This document shows, in pieces, positions 8,870-18,454 of a stretch of 63,733 nt of DNA; position 1 is the first letter of the stretch, and the number at the start of each line of letters is the position of its first letter. Origin of the DNA: a virus (Duplodnaviria > Caudoviricetes); IMG/VR virus record IMGVR_UViG_3300018083_000029, positions 1 through 63,733 of that record; one strand, given 5' to 3'. A model generated the notes under the pieces. It saw only the letters and a list, made by a program, of their open reading frames with translations, was not told where the DNA came from and ran no database searches. The position numbers and the translations under genes are program-made.

Positions 8870-9934
8870 ATGGGAAGAACAGTCCTTCAAATGGTAAACC
8901 AGGCTCAACGGGAGCTTGGTTTACCCGTTTCCACTACAGTAGTAAATAACCCTGACGCTACCACAACCCAAATGTTTGGGTTGCTCCAGTATGCTTTGGA
9001 GGAGCTTAGAAAAGTTCCCGATAAAGGCTGGACTAAATTACAAAAAGAACGCGATATAGCCATAAATGTGGCGTTTACAGCTACCGCAGTAATAACAGAA
9101 AACAGCGCAGATGTTATTATCTCTCCAGGGCTAGCAGCTCTCGGCATAAATGAAGATAACTTTGATTCGTTTGCTATATCAGGTAATGGTATCCCTCCCG
9201 CTGCCCGTATATTAGATATTATAGACGATACTCATATAACAATGAGTATGCAGGCTACCGCCGACAGCGACGGCACTGTTACCATCGCTGATTATATATA
9301 TGATATGTTTGGTGCTATCATATATGATATGTTCGGTGAGCCTATTTTAAATAGCACAGATGAAATCGCAGCGGAAACTATACAATTCGGGCAGGATACT
9401 TATTCAGTGCCCTCTGATTTTGACGCTTTTCAGAACTATACATGGTGGGACAGAACTAACCATTGGATGCTAATTGGCCCGACCTCGCCACAAATAGACC
9501 AATGGCATAAAAGTGGTATAGTAGCTACTGGCCCTCGCAGATATTGGCGCCAACATGGCCCATATCCTGAGAATTTCCAGATTTGGCCGCCTCCGTTTGA
9601 AATAGTGAATCCTATTCAAACAGTGTTTGAATATAAGAGCACTTTTGCGGTGCAAGTAGAAGGTGGTACACACGAGTTCGCTGCAACTTTTGAAAATGAC
9701 AGTGATACTTGTCTCTTGGACGACCGCGTTCTTATAATGGCTATTAAATGGCGATTCTGGGAACAAAAAGGCATGAATTGGGCCTCAAAACGCAAAGAAT
9801 ATGACGATAGAGTTAATCTCTTAATCGCTCAAGACGGCGGTGCAGACACGCTACCGCTATCACGTCGTCAAACAACTTGGCTTATTAGCGGCGCAAACGT
9901 ACAGGATGGTTACTTTCCGGGACGTAACACTTAA
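8870..9934 (+). CDS. Head-tail adaptor / tail tubular protein A-like
   Basis: TVLQMVNQAQRELGL N-terminus, WWDRTNHW..GP, IKWRFWEQKG; upstream of the nozzle-like gene. Confidence 0.7.
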   Translation: MGRTVLQMVNQAQRELGLPVSTTVVNNPDATTTQMFGLLQYALEELRKVPDKGWTKLQKERDIAINVAFTATAVITENSADVIISPGLAALGINEDNFDSFAISGNGIPPAARILDIIDDTHITMSMQATADSDGTVTIADYIYDMFGAIIYDMFGEPILNSTDEIAAETIQFGQDTYSVPSDFDAFQNYTWWDRTNHWMLIGPTSPQIDQWHKSGIVATGPRRYWRQHGPYPENFQIWPPPFEIVNPIQTVFEYKSTFAVQVEGGTHEFAATFENDSDTCLLDDRVLIMAIKWRFWEQKGMNWASKRKEYDDRVNLLIAQDGGADTLPLSRRQTTWLISGANVQDGYFPGRNT

Positions 9935-11553
9935 TGCCTTGGATTAACCCATTACATGAGCAACTAGTCCAAGCGGGTAAAACTCCTTATTTAAACCCCG
10001 ATGTGGACGTTAAATTTATCCCCGCCCCGACAGGCGGTTGGGATGCCATTAGTCCATTGGCTATGATGGACCCGCAGTATGCGATTATACTAGATAACGT
10101 GGTAGCTCGCCCCGGTTGGATAGAGCCAAGAGGCGGATCGTCTTTATGGGCTCCAGAGATAAGTTCGCAGCCTGTAAATAGTCTAATGGCTTATAGGCCG
10201 GTTTCTGGCGTAGAGCAACTATTTGCAGCTACCGCAGATAACATTTTTGATGTCTCCAATGTTAGTGCGCCTACTTTAGTTGTTTCGGGCAAAGGCTCCG
10301 ATAAATGGCAATACATTAATTTTACCCCGGCTGGCGGGGATAACTACTTAGCTATGGTTAATGGTATAGACCCGTATTTGACATATGATGGCTCTACTTG
10401 GACCGAACAAGCTATTACAGGTGTCCCGAGTGGCGACTTAGTAAATATATTATCGTATAAGCGACGCATATGGTTTTTACAAAATAACTCTACAGACGCT
10501 TGGTATCTAAGCACAGATGCTATCGCTGGCGGTGCCTCTGTATTTAGACTTGGCTCATTTATGACCCAAGGTGGATATTTACTAGCTATGGGCACTTGGA
10601 CCTTAGATGGAGGCCAAGGCCCCGATGATTATTTAGTATTTATCACGAGTAAGGGCCAAGCTATAGTTTATACAGGTGTTAACCCTGCGTCAGATTTTGT
10701 GTTAAAAGGTGTATTTGACTTACCGTTGCCTATTGGGCGTAGGTGCTTAACTAAAGTCGGTAGTGATTTGTATTTAATCACTATACAGGGGCTTTTACCT
10801 ATCTCGCAAGCTCTACCCTATAACCCTAGCGGTGTTAGGAGCGTGGCGCTTACAAATAGAATACAAAACCAGATGCTTATGGCTGCTCAAAACGGATATC
10901 AGTATTTTGGCTGGCAGACGATAAGTTTTCCTGGCCAGAGTTTAATATTGATGAACGTTCCTATCGCTGAAGGTGTGGAACAACATCAATATGTAATGAA
11001 TCCCATGAATGGCTCTTGGTCAAGATTCACAGGTTGGAATGCAAGCAGCATGGAAATTTTTAATAATAGTCTTTATTATGGTACTAATGATGGAAATGTT
11101 GCGCTTGCTTATTGCGGTTCCCAGGATTTAGGCGCACAGATAGAGGTGGATATTAAGTGTGCTTTTAACTACTTAGATCAGCCGGGCCGCGTCAAGAATA
11201 TGAGTATGCTTAGGCCATATTTTAGTGTAGACGTGCCTATAACTATACAGCTTGGTGTAGACGTTGATTTTGCAGATAACGCACCTACTTTCCCCGTAAA
11301 TATCATTATCCCCACGGGTACTTCTTTATGGGATGTGGCGCTGTGGGACGAAGGCATTTGGTCAGACGCTAAACAGGTAATTATTAATTGGCTTAGTGTC
11401 CAAGCTCTCGGCACAGCTATGGCCGTCCGGTTAAAGATTACTCTTGGCAATGAGGAGCCAGATGAAATAGTATATTCTGCTAGCGGCTCTGGTGTCCCGA
11501 CTATCCAAATAAACGTATTTGAGGCACTTGAGCAAGCTGGTGGGCCTATTTAA
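9934..11553 (+). CDS. Tail tubular protein B / packaged-DNA stabilisation protein (podovirus nozzle)
   Basis: 539 aa, beta-rich, PAPTGGW start and WDVALWDEGIW motif; typical position. Confidence 0.75.
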   Translation: MPWINPLHEQLVQAGKTPYLNPDVDVKFIPAPTGGWDAISPLAMMDPQYAIILDNVVARPGWIEPRGGSSLWAPEISSQPVNSLMAYRPVSGVEQLFAATADNIFDVSNVSAPTLVVSGKGSDKWQYINFTPAGGDNYLAMVNGIDPYLTYDGSTWTEQAITGVPSGDLVNILSYKRRIWFLQNNSTDAWYLSTDAIAGGASVFRLGSFMTQGGYLLAMGTWTLDGGQGPDDYLVFITSKGQAIVYTGVNPASDFVLKGVFDLPLPIGRRCLTKVGSDLYLITIQGLLPISQALPYNPSGVRSVALTNRIQNQMLMAAQNGYQYFGWQTISFPGQSLILMNVPIAEGVEQHQYVMNPMNGSWSRFTGWNASSMEIFNNSLYYGTNDGNVALAYCGSQDLGAQIEVDIKCAFNYLDQPGRVKNMSMLRPYFSVDVPITIQLGVDVDFADNAPTFPVNIIIPTGTSLWDVALWDEGIWSDAKQVIINWLSVQALGTAMAVRLKITLGNEEPDEIVYSASGSGVPTIQINVFEALEQAGGPI

Positions 11554-11990
11554 TGGATTTCATAATAGGTAATGAGGGGTCATTACAGGCAAATATAGCC
11601 AAAAATTGGCTAGAGGATCAAACTGGCGATGAATTTGAGAACACATATAGCGCCATGGCGTTCCACACGAATGATCAAATAAAAGCAGCAGCGTTGTTCA
11701 CTAATTATAATGGCGCTAACGTAGATTTACACTTCTTTGGTCCTAGGCTAAGCCGTGGCACATATAGACAAATACTAGATTATGTGTTTAACCACCTTAA
11801 ATGTAACCGAATGACTGCTATACCTTTGAGGTCAGACACAGCAAGTATAATATCTCTCCCCAGACTAGGGTTTAGACAAGAAGCGATCCTTAAATATTAT
11901 TATGGCGTTGACGACAGCCAAGATGGCCTCGTATATGTCATAACAAAGAGCAAGGCCCTAGAATGGCTTAAGAATAAGGGTGCTAAATGA
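11553..11990 (+). CDS. GNAT-fold tail assembly protein (T7 gp13-like position)
   Basis: DYVFNHLKCNRMTA...RLGFRQEAILKYYY GNAT-like C-terminus, between nozzle and ejection proteins. Confidence 0.65.
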   Translation: MDFIIGNEGSLQANIAKNWLEDQTGDEFENTYSAMAFHTNDQIKAAALFTNYNGANVDLHFFGPRLSRGTYRQILDYVFNHLKCNRMTAIPLRSDTASIISLPRLGFRQEAILKYYYGVDDSQDGLVYVITKSKALEWLKNKGAK

Positions 11991-12895
11991 GTTCGCTGAG
12001 CGCGCCTAAGCCGCCTAAAGTAGATGATTATCAAAAGGTTTCTGGTCTTCAGACAGAAGCCAATACTAAGGCTATGAATGATTTATACAATCTTTCAGCC
12101 GCTAATCAGATTAATCCTTATGGCCAATTAACTTATTACACAGACCCCGTTACGGGGAAAATGACTGCTAATCAGCAGTTAAGCGCAGATCAACAATTCC
12201 TACTAGATACTCTACAGCGCACACAGGGCGTAGGTGGCACAGACGCTGGTGAGTTATTAGCTAATGCTAATTATGGGGATGTTCCTGATTTTGGTAGTAT
12301 GTCTAGTCCGTTGGTAGAAGAACGGCTAAATGCGTATACTCAATTTAATAAACCTTACTACGAATATGCAACACAAGAATTAGACACTAAACTCAGAAAC
12401 CAAGGTATTGTCCCTGGCGATGAGCAATACGACTTCCAGATGAAGGCTCTTAGAGATCAGCAAGCTACACAACAATCTAAAGCGGCGTCTGATTATGCTC
12501 CGCAAGCTTGGCAGCAAGCCGTTGAAAACTATAAAATGCCTGCCGCTATGGCCGTTGAATTAGCCAAATTTGGCTCGCCAGCGTCGCTTATGCAAAACCT
12601 TTGGAGCACTCCGCAGGCACAAGGTTCGCAGGGCGCTAACGTGATTGGTGCTAATGCTAATATGAACAGCGCTAATATGGATCGTTATAAAGCCGAGATG
12701 CAGAACCGCGCGGATATGATGAAAGCTATTGGCCAAGTTGGAATGGGTGGGGTTATGCTCGCCACTGGTGGCGTTGGCGGATTAGGGCTAGGTGGATTAT
12801 CTAGTTTAATGGGTGGCGGGGCTATGTCTGCCGACGCTTTCCAACAACAGTTTATGGACCCGCGATTTAATGGCGGAAATAGCTACTCAAGGTAA
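11987..12895 (+). CDS. Internal virion / DNA ejection protein
   Basis: A/Q/N/G-rich helical protein with NQINPYGQLTY motif and Gly-rich hydrophobic C-terminus. Confidence 0.65.
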   Translation: MSSLSAPKPPKVDDYQKVSGLQTEANTKAMNDLYNLSAANQINPYGQLTYYTDPVTGKMTANQQLSADQQFLLDTLQRTQGVGGTDAGELLANANYGDVPDFGSMSSPLVEERLNAYTQFNKPYYEYATQELDTKLRNQGIVPGDEQYDFQMKALRDQQATQQSKAASDYAPQAWQQAVENYKMPAAMAVELAKFGSPASLMQNLWSTPQAQGSQGANVIGANANMNSANMDRYKAEMQNRADMMKAIGQVGMGGVMLATGGVGGLGLGGLSSLMGGGAMSADAFQQQFMDPRFNGGNSYSR

Positions 12896-12898
12896 ACA

Positions 12899-13402
12899 AT
12901 GGCATATATCCCACAGCCTAAAGACGTTACGAATTTTCTAGGGAGTAACTTAACTCCCCAGACATATTCGAGCGAGGCACAATTTAGATCGCCATCGCCT
13001 CCCGCTGCACAAAACTTTATGCAGCCTAGTCCGCAGATGGCTACTGGTATGGGGCCAAGCCAAACACAAATAGAACCGCAGGCTGCGTCTAATCCTGTTG
13101 CAGCCGGGCAAGCTACACCACCTAGTCCTTGGCAATCATCGTCTGGTCCGAGTATGGGTAATATGGGCGCAATGATGGGTGGCGGCGGTATAGATTTACA
13201 GGGTATATTAAAGATGCTCATGTCCGGTGGCGGTAATCCTCAAGGCACTATGACCGGGGCGGCTGGTGATAGTAGTATGTCACCTGGAAGCCCTGGCGGT
13301 GCATGGGGTATGGCCGGTGGTGGCATGGATAAATTAAAGTCTATGTGGGGCGGTAACGGACAGCCGATGCTTCGTGGATTATTCGGTAGTGCAGGTGCAT
13401 AA
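12899..13402 (+). CDS. Gly/Pro/Met-rich putative ejection protein
   Basis: 167-aa low-complexity ORF closely spaced between neighbours. Confidence 0.55.
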   Translation: MAYIPQPKDVTNFLGSNLTPQTYSSEAQFRSPSPPAAQNFMQPSPQMATGMGPSQTQIEPQAASNPVAAGQATPPSPWQSSSGPSMGNMGAMMGGGGIDLQGILKMLMSGGGNPQGTMTGAAGDSSMSPGSPGGAWGMAGGGMDKLKSMWGGNGQPMLRGLFGSAGA

Positions 13403-13404
13403 CA

Positions 13405-15645
13405 ATGGCTGATTTCGGTTGGGAAAATCTATTATCCACGCCTTACGCTAAGCAGTCTCCAGAGCAAGTAAAGCGTGCTCAAGAGTTCGCTTATGCTTTA
13501 ATGAAATCAAAGGATGGGAGAGGCAGTACCAGTGGTTATCAACCTATTGCAGATGTTTTGCAGACTATAGCGGGCATACAACGCCTAAACAATAGTACAA
13601 TTGGTGATTATAATCAACGTCAAGAGGCTGGATTACGTCGGGCCGATACTGTAGAGGATGCACAGCAGTTATTAGGCCGTAGACCTGTTACATCTCCAAA
13701 TAAGGGTATTACTACAGGCGCTATTCCGCAGGTTAAACCTCCAACCGGCCCTAGAAATAGTGTTGGTACTGACCCGGCAGTCAATGCGGGGGAATTACCT
13801 GATGATAATATAACTTTCCCCACGGACCCCGCGCCTAGTGTTGGCGATGCGCCGCCTGGACCTCCGACTAGTTTACCCCCAGGTGATGAACCTACTCCGG
13901 GACAAATTGAAGGCGGCGGTATTGGTGAAATTAAATCAGGGTATCGTGGCGTTGCGCCGCAGATACCTCCATTTGATGCTAAAGTAGACAAAGCGGACCC
14001 CGCTAACTTTAGAATAAATGATTATTTAAAGAGGCTCACTGGCCCTGAATCATCTGGCGGTACTAATACTAAGGCTACGGGTTCTTATTTTGGTCCTTTC
14101 CAGATGCAGAAAGGCGCCTACGGCTTAAATGATAAAAGCACTCCTGAAGATCACATAAGAGCAGCTCGACAGAGAACTCAAGAAAACATTGAGTTCTTTA
14201 AAAAGAAGTCCGGCGGTAAGTTTCCTACTGAAACAGCTTTACATCTTATGCACAATCAAGGTGCAACAGGCGGCACAGCTCTTTTAACTGCCGATCCTGG
14301 CAAACCGGCTTGGCAGGTAATAAAAGAAGCTACTCCAGGAATAAGTGATGCATTGGCTAAACAAAAAATACGAGGTCAGATAGGTTCTGGCGCAGCTCTA
14401 TCCAAGAAAGCAACTGAAGATATTACCGCCAATGAGTTTCGTCAGTATATGGACGATAAATTCAATGGCGGTTGGAAAACCAGAACTAATGCCTTACCGG
14501 GCCAACAAGCGGGTATGATGCGGCTTGGTGGCGATACAGACCCTAATAATCCAATGTTGAAACAAGCAGAAGGAGCGGGGGATAAAGTAGCTCAGAATTT
14601 ACCGGGTGTTCCGCCGCCTACTCCTTTGCGCCATCCCTCGCCTAATTTAAGTAGAGAAGAATTAGGTAAATTCTTCGCTGATCCGCGCATACCCGATGAG
14701 GTAAAAGATAAAGTACACGAGCAAATTAACAAAGCTGCTACACCGGATGAGCGCGAAGTTACAAATGGCCATCAAGAATGGCGTCCCGGTAATCCTACCG
14801 ATCAGAATTTACGCGGCAAATCAGATACAGGCACAATGAATGTTGGTAATATTAGCGTGCCTTATACTACTTATAGGCACCCGGATGGTAAAACCGAAAC
14901 TTTATTTAATATTCCAGGACATGGTTTAGGCTCTATAGAGGATTTAAAAGCTTGGAGCCGTAGACAGGGTGCTTTAGATACTCGTGAAGGGCATCTAGCT
15001 ACTAAATTTTCGGATAAAGAAGTTGATATTCAACAGCGCGCAGAAGGCGCCGCTAGAAACAGACAGTTACTTGGTATAGCCCGTCGCATGGCCAGTGATG
15101 ATAGTTTCTATACGGGCACCGGCGCAAATAGAGTATTAGACTATACTAAAATAGCCTCTTATGTGACTGGCAACCCTAATTGGTCCGGTAACGTAGAGGC
15201 TTTCTCTAAAGTTATGGCTGGTGCTAATATTGCTGGTCTGGAGGCTTTTAAAGGTTACGGTCAAATTCGCAACCCTGAAATTGAACTTCTACAGCAGTCG
15301 CAAGGCACTATAGCTAATACTCCACAGGCGATTAAAGCCATCATTACAATGAATGAGAAAGCTAGCGAGCGCTTAGAGGAAATAGGCGAAAAGATGCGAG
15401 CCTATCGTAAAGCTAAAGGAAGGATAGACGAAGGTTTTGACGAAGAATTAGCTAAATTCTATAAGGATCGTCCGCTTTTCACAGACGATGAAATTAAAGA
15501 CTACAAGAAAACATTGTTTGGTGAGACTAAGAGCGTAAAAGGTAGGTTCTTTGGAGGTTCTGTGCCTAAAGAAGGCGATCCAGAAAAACCCGCCCCGGCT
15601 AAGAAAAGAACCTATATTCCAGGTCAAGGATTTGTGGAGCAGTAA
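13405..15645 (+). CDS. Internal virion protein with lysozyme/lytic-transglycosylase-like domain
   Basis: ESSGG...YFGPFQM...LHLMHNQGATG resembles SLT motifs I-III; position among ejection proteins. Confidence 0.65.
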   Translation: MADFGWENLLSTPYAKQSPEQVKRAQEFAYALMKSKDGRGSTSGYQPIADVLQTIAGIQRLNNSTIGDYNQRQEAGLRRADTVEDAQQLLGRRPVTSPNKGITTGAIPQVKPPTGPRNSVGTDPAVNAGELPDDNITFPTDPAPSVGDAPPGPPTSLPPGDEPTPGQIEGGGIGEIKSGYRGVAPQIPPFDAKVDKADPANFRINDYLKRLTGPESSGGTNTKATGSYFGPFQMQKGAYGLNDKSTPEDHIRAARQRTQENIEFFKKKSGGKFPTETALHLMHNQGATGGTALLTADPGKPAWQVIKEATPGISDALAKQKIRGQIGSGAALSKKATEDITANEFRQYMDDKFNGGWKTRTNALPGQQAGMMRLGGDTDPNNPMLKQAEGAGDKVAQNLPGVPPPTPLRHPSPNLSREELGKFFADPRIPDEVKDKVHEQINKAATPDEREVTNGHQEWRPGNPTDQNLRGKSDTGTMNVGNISVPYTTYRHPDGKTETLFNIPGHGLGSIEDLKAWSRRQGALDTREGHLATKFSDKEVDIQQRAEGAARNRQLLGIARRMASDDSFYTGTGANRVLDYTKIASYVTGNPNWSGNVEAFSKVMAGANIAGLEAFKGYGQIRNPEIELLQQSQGTIANTPQAIKAIITMNEKASERLEEIGEKMRAYRKAKGRIDEGFDEELAKFYKDRPLFTDDEIKDYKKTLFGETKSVKGRFFGGSVPKEGDPEKPAPAKKRTYIPGQGFVEQ

Positions 15646-16571
15646 TGGCTGACGAAGGACAAATTATCGACGTTCCTGGTCTTGGCGAGGTCACATTCCC
15701 TGCGGGAATGGATGATAAAGCTATAGCCGCAGCTATTGAAGATCACTTCAAATCCCCAGGTAAATTTGCTAGAAAAGATATTGGAACAGCAGTACCCACT
15801 AATGCCCCTCGCAGGGATAGATTACAAGATGCTATGCCTGATTGGATGGGCAGCATATACGGTCATTTAAAAGACCCCGGTTGGACTACTCATGTCGCCA
15901 AGGGTATCCCTATTGCTGGTAATTATGTAGAAGATACTCCAAATAGCAAAGCACTAGAAGAAAACCATCCTTGGGTAGCTAAAGGACTAGAGATTGGTGG
16001 CAATGCTGCTTCTATGGTTGCCCCAGCTGGGGCTGTATCTAAGGGAGCAGCTGCTATAGCGCCAGGACGGACCCTAGAGGCTATACTGCAAACAATTCTA
16101 GGCGGTGGTACAGCCGCAGCCAATACAGCAACTAAAGAGGGTTCTACGTCTGACGACGTTAAAACTAGTGCTTTACTAGGTGGCGCAGGGGGCGCTATGT
16201 CGCCTGTAATTGGTAAAATATTTAGTCCGACTATGGACAAAGCTAGGTATACACCAGAGCATTTATCTAAATATTCCTACGCAGAATTAGAAAAAATGTT
16301 TGGAAAAGGGGCTAGGGACGAAACTAAAAAAATGATTAAAGATAAAATATCAGATTCTTCTCTTATGTCTGTTGGCGGAGGTGTATTGTCGTATTTAATG
16401 GGAGGTGGCCCATTAGCGGGGGCGGCAGGAGGGTATGTTGGCTCTAAATTCTCAGAGCCTATTTCCAATATCTTGGCTCATCTGGTGTCAAATCGTACTT
16501 TCCACAACAAGGGTGGACAGGCGATTTTAAACGCGGCAGGTGAAACAACTGGCGCTCAATTGGCGCCCTAG
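15645..16571 (+). CDS. DNA ejection protein-like
   Basis: IIDVPGLGEVTFPAGMDDKAIAAAI N-terminus and Gly/Ala zipper segments. Confidence 0.6.
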   Translation: MADEGQIIDVPGLGEVTFPAGMDDKAIAAAIEDHFKSPGKFARKDIGTAVPTNAPRRDRLQDAMPDWMGSIYGHLKDPGWTTHVAKGIPIAGNYVEDTPNSKALEENHPWVAKGLEIGGNAASMVAPAGAVSKGAAAIAPGRTLEAILQTILGGGTAAANTATKEGSTSDDVKTSALLGGAGGAMSPVIGKIFSPTMDKARYTPEHLSKYSYAELEKMFGKGARDETKKMIKDKISDSSLMSVGGGVLSYLMGGGPLAGAAGGYVGSKFSEPISNILAHLVSNRTFHNKGGQAILNAAGETTGAQLAP

Positions 16572-16668
16572 TGTTAGTCATTAATATGCCGAGGGTCACA
16601 AAAATTAATACCAAAGGCCAGAACTCATAGGCACAATAGATCAAACCAACAAAGACGAGCTTGAACAT
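16459..16668 (-). CDS. Small antisense membrane protein
   Basis: GGAG RBS before ATG 16668; hydrophobic N-terminal ~30 aa; 3' end overlaps the convergent gene. Confidence 0.4.
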   Translation of the reverse strand: MFKLVFVGLIYCAYEFWPLVLIFVTLGILMTNTRAPIERQLFHLPRLKSPVHPCCGKYDLTPDEPRYWK

Positions 16669-16703
16669 AGTTGCATCTCCATCTAGAGTAAGGCAAGAAC
16701 AGT

Positions 16704-18119
16704 ATGCCACGTAATAGCTCAGGTGTCTACACTTTACCGCAGGCGCCTTTTGCGCCGCAGACGGTGATTTCTAGCACCGCAATGAACAGCAATTTGAGCG
16801 ATATCGCGACCGCGCTCACTCAAAGCTTAGCTACAACTGGTGTCTCCAGCATGTCTGGCCAGTTCAGGGCTGCTACGGGGTCCGCTATCGCTCCAGGAAT
16901 AGCCTTTGCTTCAGACCTCAATACAGGGTTCTATTTAGCGGGTACTGACCAAATCGGCTTAGCGGTTGGTGGTGTTCTATCTGTTACATTTAATAGTGAT
17001 CTTAGTGTAACATTTGCAGGCGATGCTAACTTTGCTGGTGGCGCTACATTTGGAGCTACTACTAGTGTAACAGGTGATTTGAGAGTAACAGGTAATATTA
17101 TTGTATCGGGCACAGCAACTAACACCATAGGTGGCGCACAGTCTATTGTAGATATAGCCAATGGCGGCGCGATAGTCTCTACTGCCAGTGTTAATATAGA
17201 CAGATATATAGATATCCAGGAAGTAGGTTCTATACCTGGTTCTGCTCCAGCTGATACTCTTAGATTATATATCACCGAGAGGGTTATAAACTCTGGCGCG
17301 GCTATCCCTGTAGCTAAAGATGAAAACGGCACAGCTTATCCATTGGCACCGCTAGCTAATCAATGTAGATTAGCTAAATCTGGCACTAAGTTGGTGTTGA
17401 GCCCATATGCGGGTAATTTATTATCTATTAATGGCGTGCCGCAGTCGATAGATGACGCTGGTATTAGCTTAGCAGCATCCAACAGCGCTGGCGTATTTGT
17501 GTATATCTATGCGTTTATGACTGGCGCTCAGATGACACTAGAAATGAGCACTACAGCGCCATCTATTCAAGCTGGAACAGGCATCCCACAGAAACTAGGC
17601 GATAGCTCTAGATCGCTTGTTGGAGCAGCTTTCACCGATACAGGTGGTGCATGGGCAGACACAGATGGTAAGCTCTGGACGTTGAGCTATTATAATAGAG
17701 TACCAAAAGCATCCAGAACTACAATAACTGCTAGTTTAAATGCTGTAGTTTCAGCAGGTACATATGTAGAAGTTGACGCCAGTATGAGAAACCAATTTAT
17801 TAGTTGGTCTGATGAGCCGATATTCCTAGATTCAAAGGTACAATGGCAGTTTAATAACGTAACTGCCGCGGCTATGCAAACACAAAATAATGTTGATGGC
17901 GGTGGCGGTGATTCAGCAATAGGCCCATACATCCCGAATCAGGCTCTGACAACAATGAATATTAATCACTCAAAAGTAGCCCCCGGCTCGCTAACAGAAG
18001 CAGCAGTTCACTACGCATCGCCCTTTATAAAAAGCTTTGGCGCCACAGTCAGCCTTATATGCTCACTTGGCGCTAGTAGTGGCGAAGCTACAGCTATCTA
18101 TGTACAGATAAGAGGCTAG
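16704..18119 (+). CDS. Tail fibre protein
   Basis: MPRNSSGVYTLP...MNSNLSDIATALTQSL attachment domain and GSAIAPGIAFASDLNTGFY fibre motif; last gene of the virion operon. Confidence 0.8.
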   Translation: MPRNSSGVYTLPQAPFAPQTVISSTAMNSNLSDIATALTQSLATTGVSSMSGQFRAATGSAIAPGIAFASDLNTGFYLAGTDQIGLAVGGVLSVTFNSDLSVTFAGDANFAGGATFGATTSVTGDLRVTGNIIVSGTATNTIGGAQSIVDIANGGAIVSTASVNIDRYIDIQEVGSIPGSAPADTLRLYITERVINSGAAIPVAKDENGTAYPLAPLANQCRLAKSGTKLVLSPYAGNLLSINGVPQSIDDAGISLAASNSAGVFVYIYAFMTGAQMTLEMSTTAPSIQAGTGIPQKLGDSSRSLVGAAFTDTGGAWADTDGKLWTLSYYNRVPKASRTTITASLNAVVSAGTYVEVDASMRNQFISWSDEPIFLDSKVQWQFNNVTAAAMQTQNNVDGGGGDSAIGPYIPNQALTTMNINHSKVAPGSLTEAAVHYASPFIKSFGATVSLICSLGASSGEATAIYVQIRG

Positions 18120-18445
18120 GGCAACGGTGCTTTACCATTAGCCTTTGCATCTGCATACTCTTTCTTCCTATCTATATATCTCTGCACCGCGGGAGTAACT
18201 AATGGCTTGGATTCTTCTTTGGGCGGCGCAGATATCAGGTTCTTTATACTTGCCCCTCCTAATAATTGAGCTAGCAGATTTTCTACAAAGATATCTTTAT
18301 TGAGCAATCGCTCCCTGAGAAGCTTATTTTCAGCCTCCAAAGTAGCTACTAACTTACTCTCCCTGGCGTGCATTTCCTTGATTGTCTCAATGAACTCCTC
18401 CATTGAGTCCAGGATCATATTAAAGCGCTTCTTACGCATCCACAT
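18116..18445 (-). CDS. Hypothetical coiled-coil protein
   Basis: 109 aa with AGGAG RBS, downstream of the helicase. Confidence 0.6.
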   Translation of the reverse strand: MWMRKKRFNMILDSMEEFIETIKEMHARESKLVATLEAENKLLRERLLNKDIFVENLLAQLLGGASIKNLISAPPKEESKPLVTPAVQRYIDRKKEYADAKANGKAPLP

Positions 18446-18454
18446 GGTACGCTC

